A stretch of DNA of 32,000 bases from Geotalea uraniireducens Rf4 (GCF_000016745.1 NC_009483.1:1080001-1112000); one strand, 5' to 3'. Shown: positions 8,129 through 16,492, counted from the stretch's first letter. The notes: generated by a model not told the origin, from the sequence alone. Numbers and translations: made by a program.

Positions 8129-11100
8129 TGCCGGCGGCAGCGGCGTTGTTGTCGATGCTGAGCAGATAGCTGATCCACTCGCTCCGCTTGTAGGAGCCTG
8201 CTGTTCCCGTACCCCCCGGAGCCGTGCCGTCAGCCCTGAAGTAACCGTCGGGATCAGGATAGAGAGCTTCCCCGCGGCTCAGATCTTTAGTCTGTGTGTA
8301 AACTACGCTATTCTCAACTACTTCTTCCTCGAAAGGAACACTCCTCGGCTGGCCGAGCTTGTTGAAGAGTTCGGTACCAGTGCGAAGATCACCCTTGTAG
8401 GCCTTGATGGTCGGAATGAATACGGCAGGTCTCTCCATCATGGTTGAGGCGCTCGCGGGAATAATGCCGGGGGCCGGTGTCCAGGTAGCATCGGCGGGTA
8501 TTGCGGTACCGGTCATGTTAAAGCCGCCGTCGAAGAAGTTTTTAGCCGTTGCGTGGCAGTCGTTGCAACCGAATGTTGTTACCTTGCCTGTCGCGTCGAA
8601 GGCACGCGGCTTACCCAGGACATACTGACTGATTGGTTTGACGCCGTGGGTCACCTGGTACAGGCCGCCGATATAGCCAAGCTCGGTGCCGTCCCAGGAT
8701 TTGCCGCTCTGTCCCGGCATGTCCTTGATCCGGGTTCTGTAATTTTTGTACTCCCTGATTTCGTCAGGGGTGGTGAAGATGGTATTGCCGCCGTAAACGC
8801 CAACGTATTTCCAGGCGCCGGTGAAGCTGCCATCCATGTTGTAGGCGCTCTGGTACCTACCTCCCTGTGCAGTTGATCCGGCAACACCGTCTCCGGGACC
8901 GCCGAACCCAACCGGGATCGGGGCGAAGCCGCCGGGGGCGAAGTTAATGCCCGCCTTGAGGTCGCGCTGAATCCACGGGTCAAAGATCGGTTCGCCAAAG
9001 CCCTGGGTCGAATTGAGATCACCGACTGCCAGAATCTGCCCATTGACACCATCACCGTTGGCGTCGACAGTTGTGCCGTAGTCGTTGTTGAAGAGCGCCG
9101 AGACGATAGTGTTGGTCAGGTAAATTTTACGCCTGAAGTTCGGGCTGGTCTTCAAGCCGTTGCCGACCTTCGACCAGGTTTTCAGCGGCAGCCATTCCTG
9201 GAGTGCACCGCCGATAAGCTGGGTGCCGTATGGAATTTCGGCCTGGTAGCCAGGGCCTGGTTGATTGGTTGCGGCACAGATGGTTCCGGGGCCCTGGCTG
9301 GCAGAGGTATAGCCGCAGTTCTGGTTGATGGTCTGGTTCATGAAGTTATATTGCTGTCTGGCACCTTCGTTGGCAGCGTCCGGCGCCGGGTCTTCGAACA
9401 TGCCCATCATACCCTTGCTGTAATCGAAGCCAACCATGGTCGGGTAACGGTTGCCGCTGGTGCAGTCAAGTGCGCGGACTGCCATGCTCTTTTTCTGCAC
9501 GTGACAGACGGTGCAGTCAATGACATCAAGATGGTTGCCGGGGATGAGTTTCTGGCCGCCGCTGCCATCCGGGCCCATGGCCCTGTTGATCATGGCGGTG
9601 AGGCCTGCTCTCTGATGTGCTGCTGTGGGGTCCGGGGCCCCCATGACATCTATCGGATTGCCGTCGGGGTTGCTGCCGGAGAGATGACAGCTTTCACAGC
9701 GTTTGACGGTATTGCGGCTGTCGACCTTGGTGCCGATCTGCGAGCCGTCTGCTATGGTGCCTGAGCCGTCGAAACCGCGGCCGGGATCACACTGATTCTT
9801 GTCGGGATTGGAACTGTTGGTGTCCATGTGACAGCCTGCGCAGCCAAGGCTGCCATGAATCTCCTGGCCATTCTGCCAGGCATCGCCACGCTTGAACCAG
9901 TCGGCACGAGGGAAGGGTACGGTGGATTTCTTCAGTACGTTCTGGTTCTGCTGTCCCGTGAAATCGGCGGTAAGGCCGATTTCCGTAACCGGTGCCTCAT
10001 AGTAGATCGGGCCGCTGGCACCTTTATTGTCACCACCGAAGGAGGTCATGCCGTTGACGGTCAGCCTGTTGTAGACGGTTGACCCCTGGGCGGCAAGGAT
10101 GCCGCGGACCATGTAACTGTAGAGGTTGGTCGCGTCGATCAATGGCGAATTGGGGGAGCCGGGGTATTTATCGGGAGATGGCATCCACGGCGCATTAAAA
10201 TCGTAGGCCGGCATTACCAGCCCGGTCGGGCCTACCATCGGATTGTTTACATTGGTGTTCAGGATCATCGGCGCCGAAGAGAGGAACCCGGTCATCATTT
10301 CCGGCAGATCCTTGAGAGTGTTCGGGCTATGACACTGCTGACAGTTGGCGCTGGGTGGCAGACGCTTGATGTTGTCAACCAGCGATTGCTTCAGACTGAC
10401 TGCCTGCATGCCGTTGGCATCTTTTGGCCCAAGTTCGATCATGGCGGCGTTGTAACCACCCTGGGTCGGGCTGCCGGGCATGAGGTCCATGAGGCCTGCT
10501 CCGGCCATTGGCGCTGCATTGAGAATGCCCATCTGCGCAAAAACTGAACTCATCAGGTTGTTGTAACCCTGGAAGTGGCAGAAAAGACAGTCCATCTCCC
10601 GTACGTTCGGCATCATCAGCTGCCCGTTCTGAATGTAAGGGGGCGTATTTGCCGTCCCATCCTGGTTCATGGCGACACTTCCCCAGCCGTTGGGAGCAAT
10701 CATCGCGTTACCGCCGCCAAGGGCCGGCGCCTTCCTGTCGGTTGTGCCGGGATAGCTCCAGGGTGCACGGATCACATTGCTTAGCGGGCTGCCTGTTTTT
10801 GCGTCCCATGCTTCGGCAACGGTGTTCATATAAGGGGTAATCGTTTGGTCGGACAACGCCCGTTGAGAAAGCCTGAAGCCGTTGCGGTCCTTTTCCACCA
10901 GGGCGCCGCCTACGTGGCAGCTGCCGCAGTTGGTCGCCATGTCCCATACGGAAAGGTCGACCTTGGTATACTTGCTGCCTGCTACATCACCAAAAAGAAA
11001 TTTATCTGTAGTTGGATAGGTTAAATCGGAACCACCTGGTTGTTTCATTAAATTCGCCACCTGGCGAAGAGAGGGGCTTCACCACTTGCCCCACATGGCT

Positions 11101-11543
11101 TTGGTCTGGGTCCAGGGTTTCTGGCGGTTGACTGTGGTGTCAAAGCCGCCGGTGGGCGAATCGTTCCATTCATTGGCTCCGAGAGCCGAATGGAAGGCGT
11201 GGTCGGCCAGCGCATCGTAACTTTTCAGTGCTTTACCAGTGGATGGTGCGATTGTCGAGCCGTTGTGGCAGGAACCGCAGGTTGCCTTGGGGCTGTAAGG
11301 GAAGCCCTCCATCGGGTTTTGCGGATTGCCTCCGACCATTACCGGCATCGGTCCCATGGGGACCTTGTTGCCGCTTGCATCGACAGTGTAAGGTACACCA
11401 TACTGGATGGCTACCTCGTCGTAGGTCTTGAGCTCGATCGGCGGATGGGCTGCGAAGCTTGTGCCCAACGACAGCCCGAAACCGGTCAAGAGCGCACCGA
11501 CCGTGGCCATCATCGGCAACGAGTCTTTAAAACGCTTGTTCAT
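7566..11543 (-). CDS. Candidate selenocysteine-containing octaheme c-type cytochrome with C-terminal PKD-like domains (paralog B, 1325 aa if UGA 11081-11079 is decoded)
   Basis: ORFs 11079..11543 and 7566..11060 are in the same frame. They are separated by one TGA plus 6 sense codons (154+1+6+1164 aa = 3978 nt including the stop). The upstream ORF has SD AAGGA, a signal peptide (MMATVGALLTGFGLSLGTSFA) and CGSCH. The downstream ORF has 7 CXXCH (CGSCH, CLFCH, CQQCH, CAGCH, CESCH, CTVCH, CNDCH). Its nominal GTG start has no SD and no signal peptide. Confidence 0.6.
11053..11081 (-). promoter_or_regulatory. In-frame UGA plus SECIS-like hairpin (paralog B)
   Basis: Minus strand reads UGG-UGA-AGCCCCUCUC-UUCGCC-AGGU-GGCGAA. 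There is a 6-bp stem and a 4-nt loop containing GG. The loop begins 17 nt after the UGA. Confidence 0.55.
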
Positions 11544-11696
11544 GACTATTCCTTTCGTTTTTGAGTTTTTTTCACGGTCTGTGAGATCCGCGCTTTTCCA
11601 CCCCCGTAAATTTCCTCCTGCACTGGGGGATGCAGTGGATTGGGGCAGTTCTTTTGCAAAGCCAAACGGGTCGGGAATGGAAACGTTTTATTAGGT

Positions 11697-11712
11697 AGCA
11701 TTAAATATGCCT
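11697..11712 (-). promoter_or_regulatory. Possible sigma-54 (-24/-12) promoter for paralog B
   Basis: Minus strand is AGGCAT-ATTTA-ATGCT against the consensus TGGCAC-N5-TTGCW. GG and GC have correct spacing. It lies ~150 nt upstream of the ATG at 11543. This match is weaker than the one at 14153-14168. Confidence 0.35.
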
Positions 11713-11873
11713 TTATTTGCATAATAATATATTGAGTTAATGGAATTGATGCGCATCCATCTTGTGAGCGGTTTTCGGCAAATTTTCAGAGGGGCTTATT
11801 GGTTGAATGGTGAGGTTGCATAGGGGGTGGATGACGCATTTTTTCAAAAAGCAGGGGGATAGTGCGCAGCTGT

Positions 11874-11900
11874 GGGGCATTTGCCCCGCAAATCCGGGGC
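11874..11900. promoter_or_regulatory. GGGGCA-TT-TGCCCC palindrome plus an overlapping GCCCCG-N6-CGGGGC palindrome (possible enhancer-binding site and/or post-NHL hairpin)
   Basis: Sequence is GGGGCATTTGCCCCGCAAATCCGGGGC. It starts 5 nt downstream of the NHL gene stop and lies ~160 bp upstream of the candidate -24 element at 11712. The same GGGG-N6-CCCC core occurs at 14301-14314. Confidence 0.3.
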
Positions 11901-11904
11901 GACG

Positions 11905-13044
11905 TTATTTGCCGGCAGCTACGGCCTGGAGAGGTGCGTTGTTACCGAGTGGCGGGGTTGTGTTGTTCTGCTGAGCGGAGACCTTTTGGTGGCCGAAGCC
12001 GTAAACGCTTATCTTTCTTGGTCCTGCCTGGTTGGTGACGAATATCAGTTGCTCCACCTCAAAGGCGGGGTCGGCAAACCGTCGAAAGTATTCAAGGTTG
12101 TCGCGGCTGATGGCTATATCGGCGGGGAGATTCAAGGTTCCCGCCTTTGATCCCCGTTCGCCGAAGAACATGAGCAGTTGGGCATCCTGATTGAAAATCT
12201 GGACAACCTGATGGCCGGCGTCGACCACGTAGATCAATCCATCATCGTCCACCGCAATCCCTTTGGGTCTGGCAAACTGTCCCGGCCGGTCCCCCGTCTC
12301 ACCAAAGGCCTTCATCACCTTGCCCGTCCGGTCCATCTTGATTATCCGGTTGTGTCCCAGGTTGGTTACGTAGACGAAACCGTTTTTGTCCAGGGCAAGG
12401 TTGGTCGGCAGGGACAATGTTTCATCCGGTTTGCCCTCCCTGCCGATGCTCCTGATCAGGTTTCCGCTCTTCCTGTCCAGTACCTTCACTTCACTGCTGC
12501 TGTAATCGACGACGAATATTTCGTCGCCATAGATTGCCACATCCGTTGGTTTCGTGATCTCCCTGGCAAGGGTTCTTTGCAAATCCCCTTCCGGCGTGAA
12601 CTGCAAGACCGCTTTCTTGCCGGTATCAGCCACATAGATGTTCCCCTCCTGGTCAAGTGCTATGTTGATCGGTGTTTGCATGGCATCCTGCCTGAACAGG
12701 GCATATGTTTTCTGTTCAAAGTCAATGGCGGACAGCTGCGCAAAAGGGGTATCGGAAACGTATATTTTGCTCCCCCTGACGGCGATGCCGTAAGGTTTTG
12801 AGAGCGTTTCCCCCGGTTCGGCTGTATTCGGGAGAAATGGCAGCAGCGCAGGTTTTACATCAGCGGCGCTGGATATGCTGGTAAGGTACTGTAAGTGGGG
12901 CGGGTTCGGGGCTGGGGGGAAATAAACCGTTTCCTTTGCGGGTTTGTTCAGGGCACAGCCGGTGAGCCAGAAGGGGAGCAGCAATAAGAGAAGAAAAGGC
13001 TTGAAGGTTGGTTTTCCGACGGCGTTAGGGCGATGGGGGTGCAT
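11905..13044 (-). CDS. NHL-repeat (beta-propeller) lipoprotein
   Basis: I place the start at ATG 13044, which has SD GGAGA 8 nt upstream. The 13125 start has no SD. Lipobox is LLLLLLPFWLTGC. Repeated NHL-type blades include GNIYVADTGKKAVLQF, DEIFVVDYSSSEVKVLD, GFVYVTNLGHNRIIKMD and GLIYVVDAGHQVVQIF. Confidence 0.8.
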   Translation of the reverse strand: MHPHRPNAVGKPTFKPFLLLLLLPFWLTGCALNKPAKETVYFPPAPNPPHLQYLTSISSAADVKPALLPFLPNTAEPGETLSKPYGIAVRGSKIYVSDTPFAQLSAIDFEQKTYALFRQDAMQTPINIALDQEGNIYVADTGKKAVLQFTPEGDLQRTLAREITKPTDVAIYGDEIFVVDYSSSEVKVLDRKSGNLIRSIGREGKPDETLSLPTNLALDKNGFVYVTNLGHNRIIKMDRTGKVMKAFGETGDRPGQFARPKGIAVDDDGLIYVVDAGHQVVQIFNQDAQLLMFFGERGSKAGTLNLPADIAISRDNLEYFRRFADPAFEVEQLIFVTNQAGPRKISVYGFGHQKVSAQQNNTTPPLGNNAPLQAVAAGK

Positions 13045-13119
13045 GGTTATTAATCTCCGAATAAAGTTTCCTGCTCCGATTCTCCGGCGAACCTGTGTCG
13101 TTATTAGAGCCTTCAGGGG

Positions 13120-13152
13120 GGCCAATGGGCAGGCTGCGCCTGCCCATTGGCC
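13120..13152 (-). other. Intercistronic 14-bp perfect stem-loop between the tetraheme cytochrome and the NHL gene
   Basis: Sequence is GGCCAATGGGCAGG-CTGCG-CCTGCCCATTGGCC. No U-tract follows on the minus strand. It is therefore more likely an mRNA-stabilising, processing or attenuating hairpin than a full terminator. Confidence 0.5.
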
Positions 13153-13174
13153 GGTGAAAGCAAGAAGCCGGCTG

Positions 13175-13966
13175 CTATTTGTCGTGGCAGGTCAGGCAAA
13201 GTTTCGAGCCGTCCAATTTTACGCGCAAGAGTGGGGCCGCGGCGGTTGCGTTTGCGGTATTATGGACATCGTGGCAGGAGGCGCAGGTCAACTTGTCACC
13301 CTTGTACAAGAGCTCGCTGATGGTTGTGCACTTCCTGTCACCGGCCGGAATCCAGGAGATGTTGGCGTTGGGCTGGTGGATATACGGATCCAGGGCAGCT
13401 ACCTTCCCGTAACTGAAACCGATCGGATGGTCGTCCATCAGGTTTCCGCCGTTGGCACCCCCGAAGGCGCCATCAGGGGCAAGCACTACATGGTTAGAGG
13501 TGGGGGTGAACGACCCCATCTTGCCGCTGTAAGAATCTATGGCGGTAGTACCGTCGTGGCAACTCATGCAGAGCCGGGATGGTCCGTCCATCATATCCGC
13601 CGGATCGATCACCGCCTGTAGGCTCGCGGACTTATCCAGGTAGTCGGGCTCTGTCATGTAGTCGCCTTCCTCTATGCCGACATAGGGGAGGAAGTTCTGC
13701 GTGGTCTGCGTGTGGTTCCATAAGGGGCTGTAAGAAGCCTGGCCGGTGCTGAGAGTGTTGTGTGGCGTGTGGCAGAATTTGCATACTTGCTGCTGGTTGT
13801 CACCGTTGTTGGCTCCGCCGGTTGCCAGGGGGAGGTAGAGGTTCATGTTATGGGGCGAACTGATAACCCCGCTCCCGGGTGAGTATGAGACAAGGCCGGC
13901 GAAAGCCAAGCTTGCACTTCCCGCCAGCACGGTAACAAAAATGCCGGCAATAAAATTGAGTTTCAT
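13175..13966 (-). CDS. Tetraheme c-type cytochrome (periplasmic/secreted)
   Basis: 263-aa ORF with SD GAGGA and signal peptide MKLNFIAGIFVTVLAGSASLAFA. Four CXXCH motifs are present (CKFCH, CMSCH, CASCH, CLTCH). A CxxCHTPH...PLWN-type signature is also present. Confidence 0.85.
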   Translation of the reverse strand: MKLNFIAGIFVTVLAGSASLAFAGLVSYSPGSGVISSPHNMNLYLPLATGGANNGDNQQQVCKFCHTPHNTLSTGQASYSPLWNHTQTTQNFLPYVGIEEGDYMTEPDYLDKSASLQAVIDPADMMDGPSRLCMSCHDGTTAIDSYSGKMGSFTPTSNHVVLAPDGAFGGANGGNLMDDHPIGFSYGKVAALDPYIHQPNANISWIPAGDRKCTTISELLYKGDKLTCASCHDVHNTANATAAAPLLRVKLDGSKLCLTCHDK

Positions 13967-14152
13967 AAGTATCCTCTTTTACAAGTAAAGATGATTGGTT
14001 GTTGACGATGCATAATCAGGTTCGGCGCTTTCATTTTTCCCGTTTGGCTTTTTAGTGCATGCTGCCCGGATAAAGGGAGACTCAGCTGCTGTTCTTGCCA
14101 TTGCCCGGCTCTGCATCCTTCCCCCAAAGGAGTGCAAACGAGTATCACCGAG

Positions 14153-14168
14153 AGCAATGTTGATGCCA
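14153..14168 (-). promoter_or_regulatory. Sigma-54 (-24/-12) promoter of the cytochrome operon
   Basis: Minus strand is TGGCAT-CAACA-TTGCT, against the consensus TGGCAC-N5-TTGCW, with exact GG/GC spacing. It lies ~185 nt upstream of the ATG at 13966, immediately downstream of a sigma-54 activator gene. Confidence 0.65.
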
Positions 14169-14300
14169 TGCATGTCCGTACCCGCTGGCGGCAAGTGATA
14201 AATGCCCGAGATACGTCTAAACATCAGTATATTGCAAAACTTTCATCTCTTTGTTGCTTGCCGGCCCCTCTCTCCAGCAGAAAGTGCCGGTGAAAAAATA

Positions 14301-14345
14301 GGGGTATTTGCCCCATGTCAGGGGCCGGTTGGGTGAAAATGCCCC
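14301..14345. promoter_or_regulatory. Possible upstream activator sites (GGGGTA-TT-TGCCCC palindrome and a weaker GGGTGA-AAA-TGCCCC copy)
   Basis: 14301-14314 is GGGGTATTTGCCCC. 14331-14345 is GGGTGAAAATGCCCC. They lie ~135-175 bp upstream of the -24 element, the usual distance for bEBP binding sites. A partial IHF-like ATCAG-N4-TTG lies between them and the promoter at about 14224-14236. Confidence 0.3.
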
Positions 14346-14385
14346 AGTGGAGCATGGCCAGGGACAACCTATCCTGTTTACCCCT

Positions 14386-15888
14386 TCAGCTCACCAGATG
14401 CGGGAATAACCGTTGAGAAACGGCAGAATCCTCCCCCGTTTTCATGTCGCACCATTCGTCCTTTTGGGATGATTCCGACATGCCGAATTTTTTCATGCGG
14501 TAGCGGAGGGTGTCCCGGCTCATTTTCAGATATTTGGCTGCTTTTGTTTGGTTGCCGCCGGAGATCTCAAGCCCCATCCGGATAAGTTGACGCTCCAGTT
14601 CTTCCAGGGATATGCCGCCGGTCGGGATGGTAATATGCCCCCTGGCAAACGAATGCTGGGCAGAAGCATGTGAATCGACATGCAGGCTTTTGTTTTGTGC
14701 TGTTTCGTATTGCTGCTTTATTTCCGCGTTCAGAAAAACGGGAGTCAATATTCTGCTATGTTCGAGCATCATGGTTCGTTCTATGGCGTTACGCAGTTCC
14801 CGTACATTCCCCGGCCAGCCATAGCCGGTGAGATAAGCCATGGTTTCCGGCGACACCCCTTCCACCCTGCGCCCGTATTCTTCATTCAGCCGTTCGATGA
14901 AATACTGGACGAGGCTGGGGATATCATCCGTTCTCTCCCTCAGCGGCGGCAAGGGAATGTTCATGACGTTCAAGCGGTAAAAAAGGTCGCCTCTGAAGCG
15001 GCGTTCTTTAACCATTGCAGGTAGATCCTGATGGGTGGCGGCGATGATCCTCACATCAGCCTGGATGTCTTCTTCCGCACCGAGACGGCGGAACCGTTTC
15101 GTCTCAATCACCTTGAGCACCTTTGCCTGCATGGAAAAGGGCATATCGCCGATTTCGTCGAGAAAAACCGTTCCACCTTCTGCCAGTTCGAAGATCCCCT
15201 TGCGCCTCTTGCTTGCATCCGTGTACGCCCCCTTTTCATGGCCGAAAAGTTCGCTTTCCAGAAGGGTTTCCGGTATGGCGGCACAGTTGACCTCTGCAAA
15301 CGGTGCCTCGGCCCTTGCACTGTGATTGTGGATGGCCCTGGCCACAAGTTCCTTGCCGGTTCCGCTTTCACCCAGGATCAGAACAGTTTTGGCATCGGTA
15401 TCCGCACAGACCTTGATCATCTTGAAAAGGTTGACCATGCTTGCGCTGTTTCCCACGAGTTTGTCATGTTCGGTTTTCTTGCGGAGTTCCTTGCGGAAAA
15501 AATCCAGTTTTTCCCTGAGTTGCCTCTTTTCAAAAGCCTTGTCGATAACGTGGCGTAACGCTTCCATATTGAATGGCTTGCCGATATAGTCTTCCGCACC
15601 TAGCTTCAAGGCTCTGACAGCGGAATCGACATCGGCATTGGCAGTGATCATTATTACGCTGAGCTCTTCATCTCTGAGTTTGAATTGCTGGAGCAGGTCC
15701 AGACCATCGGCATCGGGGAGCCGTATATCAAGTAGTGCCATATCAGGCTTGAACAGGGAGAGTTTATTGATTGCTTCCGACCCGCTGGCAGCGGTTTCGA
15801 CCGCATACCCGGCTTTTGAGAGCATGACGGATAGGGACCAGGAAATAAGCTTTTCATCATCGACGATTAATATCCTGTTATGCTCCAT
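14386..15888 (-). CDS. Sigma-54-dependent response regulator (NtrC family)
   Basis: I place the start at ATG 15888 (MEHNRILIVDDEK), which has SD GAGGA 9 nt upstream. The longer ORF runs to 16005. It has a CheY-like receiver, an AAA+ domain with GESGTGKE, a variant sigma-54 contact loop GAYTDA, and a C-terminal Fis-type HTH (GGNQTKAAKYLKMSRDTLRYRMKKFG). Confidence 0.88.
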   Translation of the reverse strand: MEHNRILIVDDEKLISWSLSVMLSKAGYAVETAASGSEAINKLSLFKPDMALLDIRLPDADGLDLLQQFKLRDEELSVIMITANADVDSAVRALKLGAEDYIGKPFNMEALRHVIDKAFEKRQLREKLDFFRKELRKKTEHDKLVGNSASMVNLFKMIKVCADTDAKTVLILGESGTGKELVARAIHNHSARAEAPFAEVNCAAIPETLLESELFGHEKGAYTDASKRRKGIFELAEGGTVFLDEIGDMPFSMQAKVLKVIETKRFRRLGAEEDIQADVRIIAATHQDLPAMVKERRFRGDLFYRLNVMNIPLPPLRERTDDIPSLVQYFIERLNEEYGRRVEGVSPETMAYLTGYGWPGNVRELRNAIERTMMLEHSRILTPVFLNAEIKQQYETAQNKSLHVDSHASAQHSFARGHITIPTGGISLEELERQLIRMGLEISGGNQTKAAKYLKMSRDTLRYRMKKFGMSESSQKDEWCDMKTGEDSAVSQRLFPHLVS

Positions 15889-16439
15889 GGTTGCTGTCCT
15901 CTGAGTATAAACGTTGCAGTCGTACGGCAAATCAGCGTCATTTTGGGGTCTTGGTTGATTAACCATGGAGCCGGCGATAGCTTTATGGGTGGACCGTTGC
16001 TTCATGGGGATATGTATTCTCTGCTTTGCACGGTTCAGCTAAGGCGGCAATCCATTCGAAATCTTTTTGGGAGGGTGGTTACTTTCGAGCACGGAAGCAC
16101 TGTTGTCCTGCTTAGCACAAACCGGTCCGTGTGACACAGATATGCAAAAAATATTTCTAATATCAATATAATAAATTATTACAATATTGCATTTATTGGG
16201 TTTATGGCTGGCCGTGAAAATAAAATTAGAAATAATTTTAAATCAAAGTACTGAGATATTGTGAAAATACGATGGTTGGCTAGCGTTAATTGAAAACCGT
16301 TTACGCAAAAACACGGGAACATGTTGTGTTTCCGCAAAATGCCGGGGAACCTGCCGTCTACTTGCCGATTGCGTTGCCGGGAAAGGGTTGGAGTTCAAGG
16401 AAGAGAAAGTTTGCCTGAAGGGGAGTCTTGCATGAATTC

Positions 16440-16492
16440 CTCCCTTCCATGCGAAGGAAGCATGGAAGGGAGGAATTCATGCGGCGTGAGAT
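16440..16492. other. Perfect 23-bp inverted repeat with a 7-nt loop
   Basis: Sequence is GCATGAATTCCTCCCTTCCATGC-GAAGGAA-GCATGGAAGGGAGGAATTCATGC. It lies 50 nt downstream of the receiver-PilZ gene stop. There is no flanking T-run on either strand. Confidence 0.6.

Noticed and set aside
7566-11060. Treating the GTG at 11060 (and the TTG at 6557 in paralog A) as genuine independent start codons of stand-alone cytochromes, as the ORF track implies
   Set aside because: - Neither has a purine-rich SD upstream.
- Neither product has a signal peptide despite carrying 7 CXXCH motifs.
- Both are exactly in frame with, and 6 codons from, an upstream signal-peptide-bearing ORF that ends in TGA.

I kept this as the null hypothesis that the Sec interpretation must beat.
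13967-14152. Cyclic-dinucleotide (GEMM-type) riboswitch in the ~185-nt leader of the cytochrome operon
   Set aside because: Only a vague resemblance exists (GATGCAGAGCCGGGC vs the ACGCAAAGCC core). The GCAAA/GNRA-tetraloop first half is missing. I could not build the two-helix fold by eye. A covariance-model scan would be needed.
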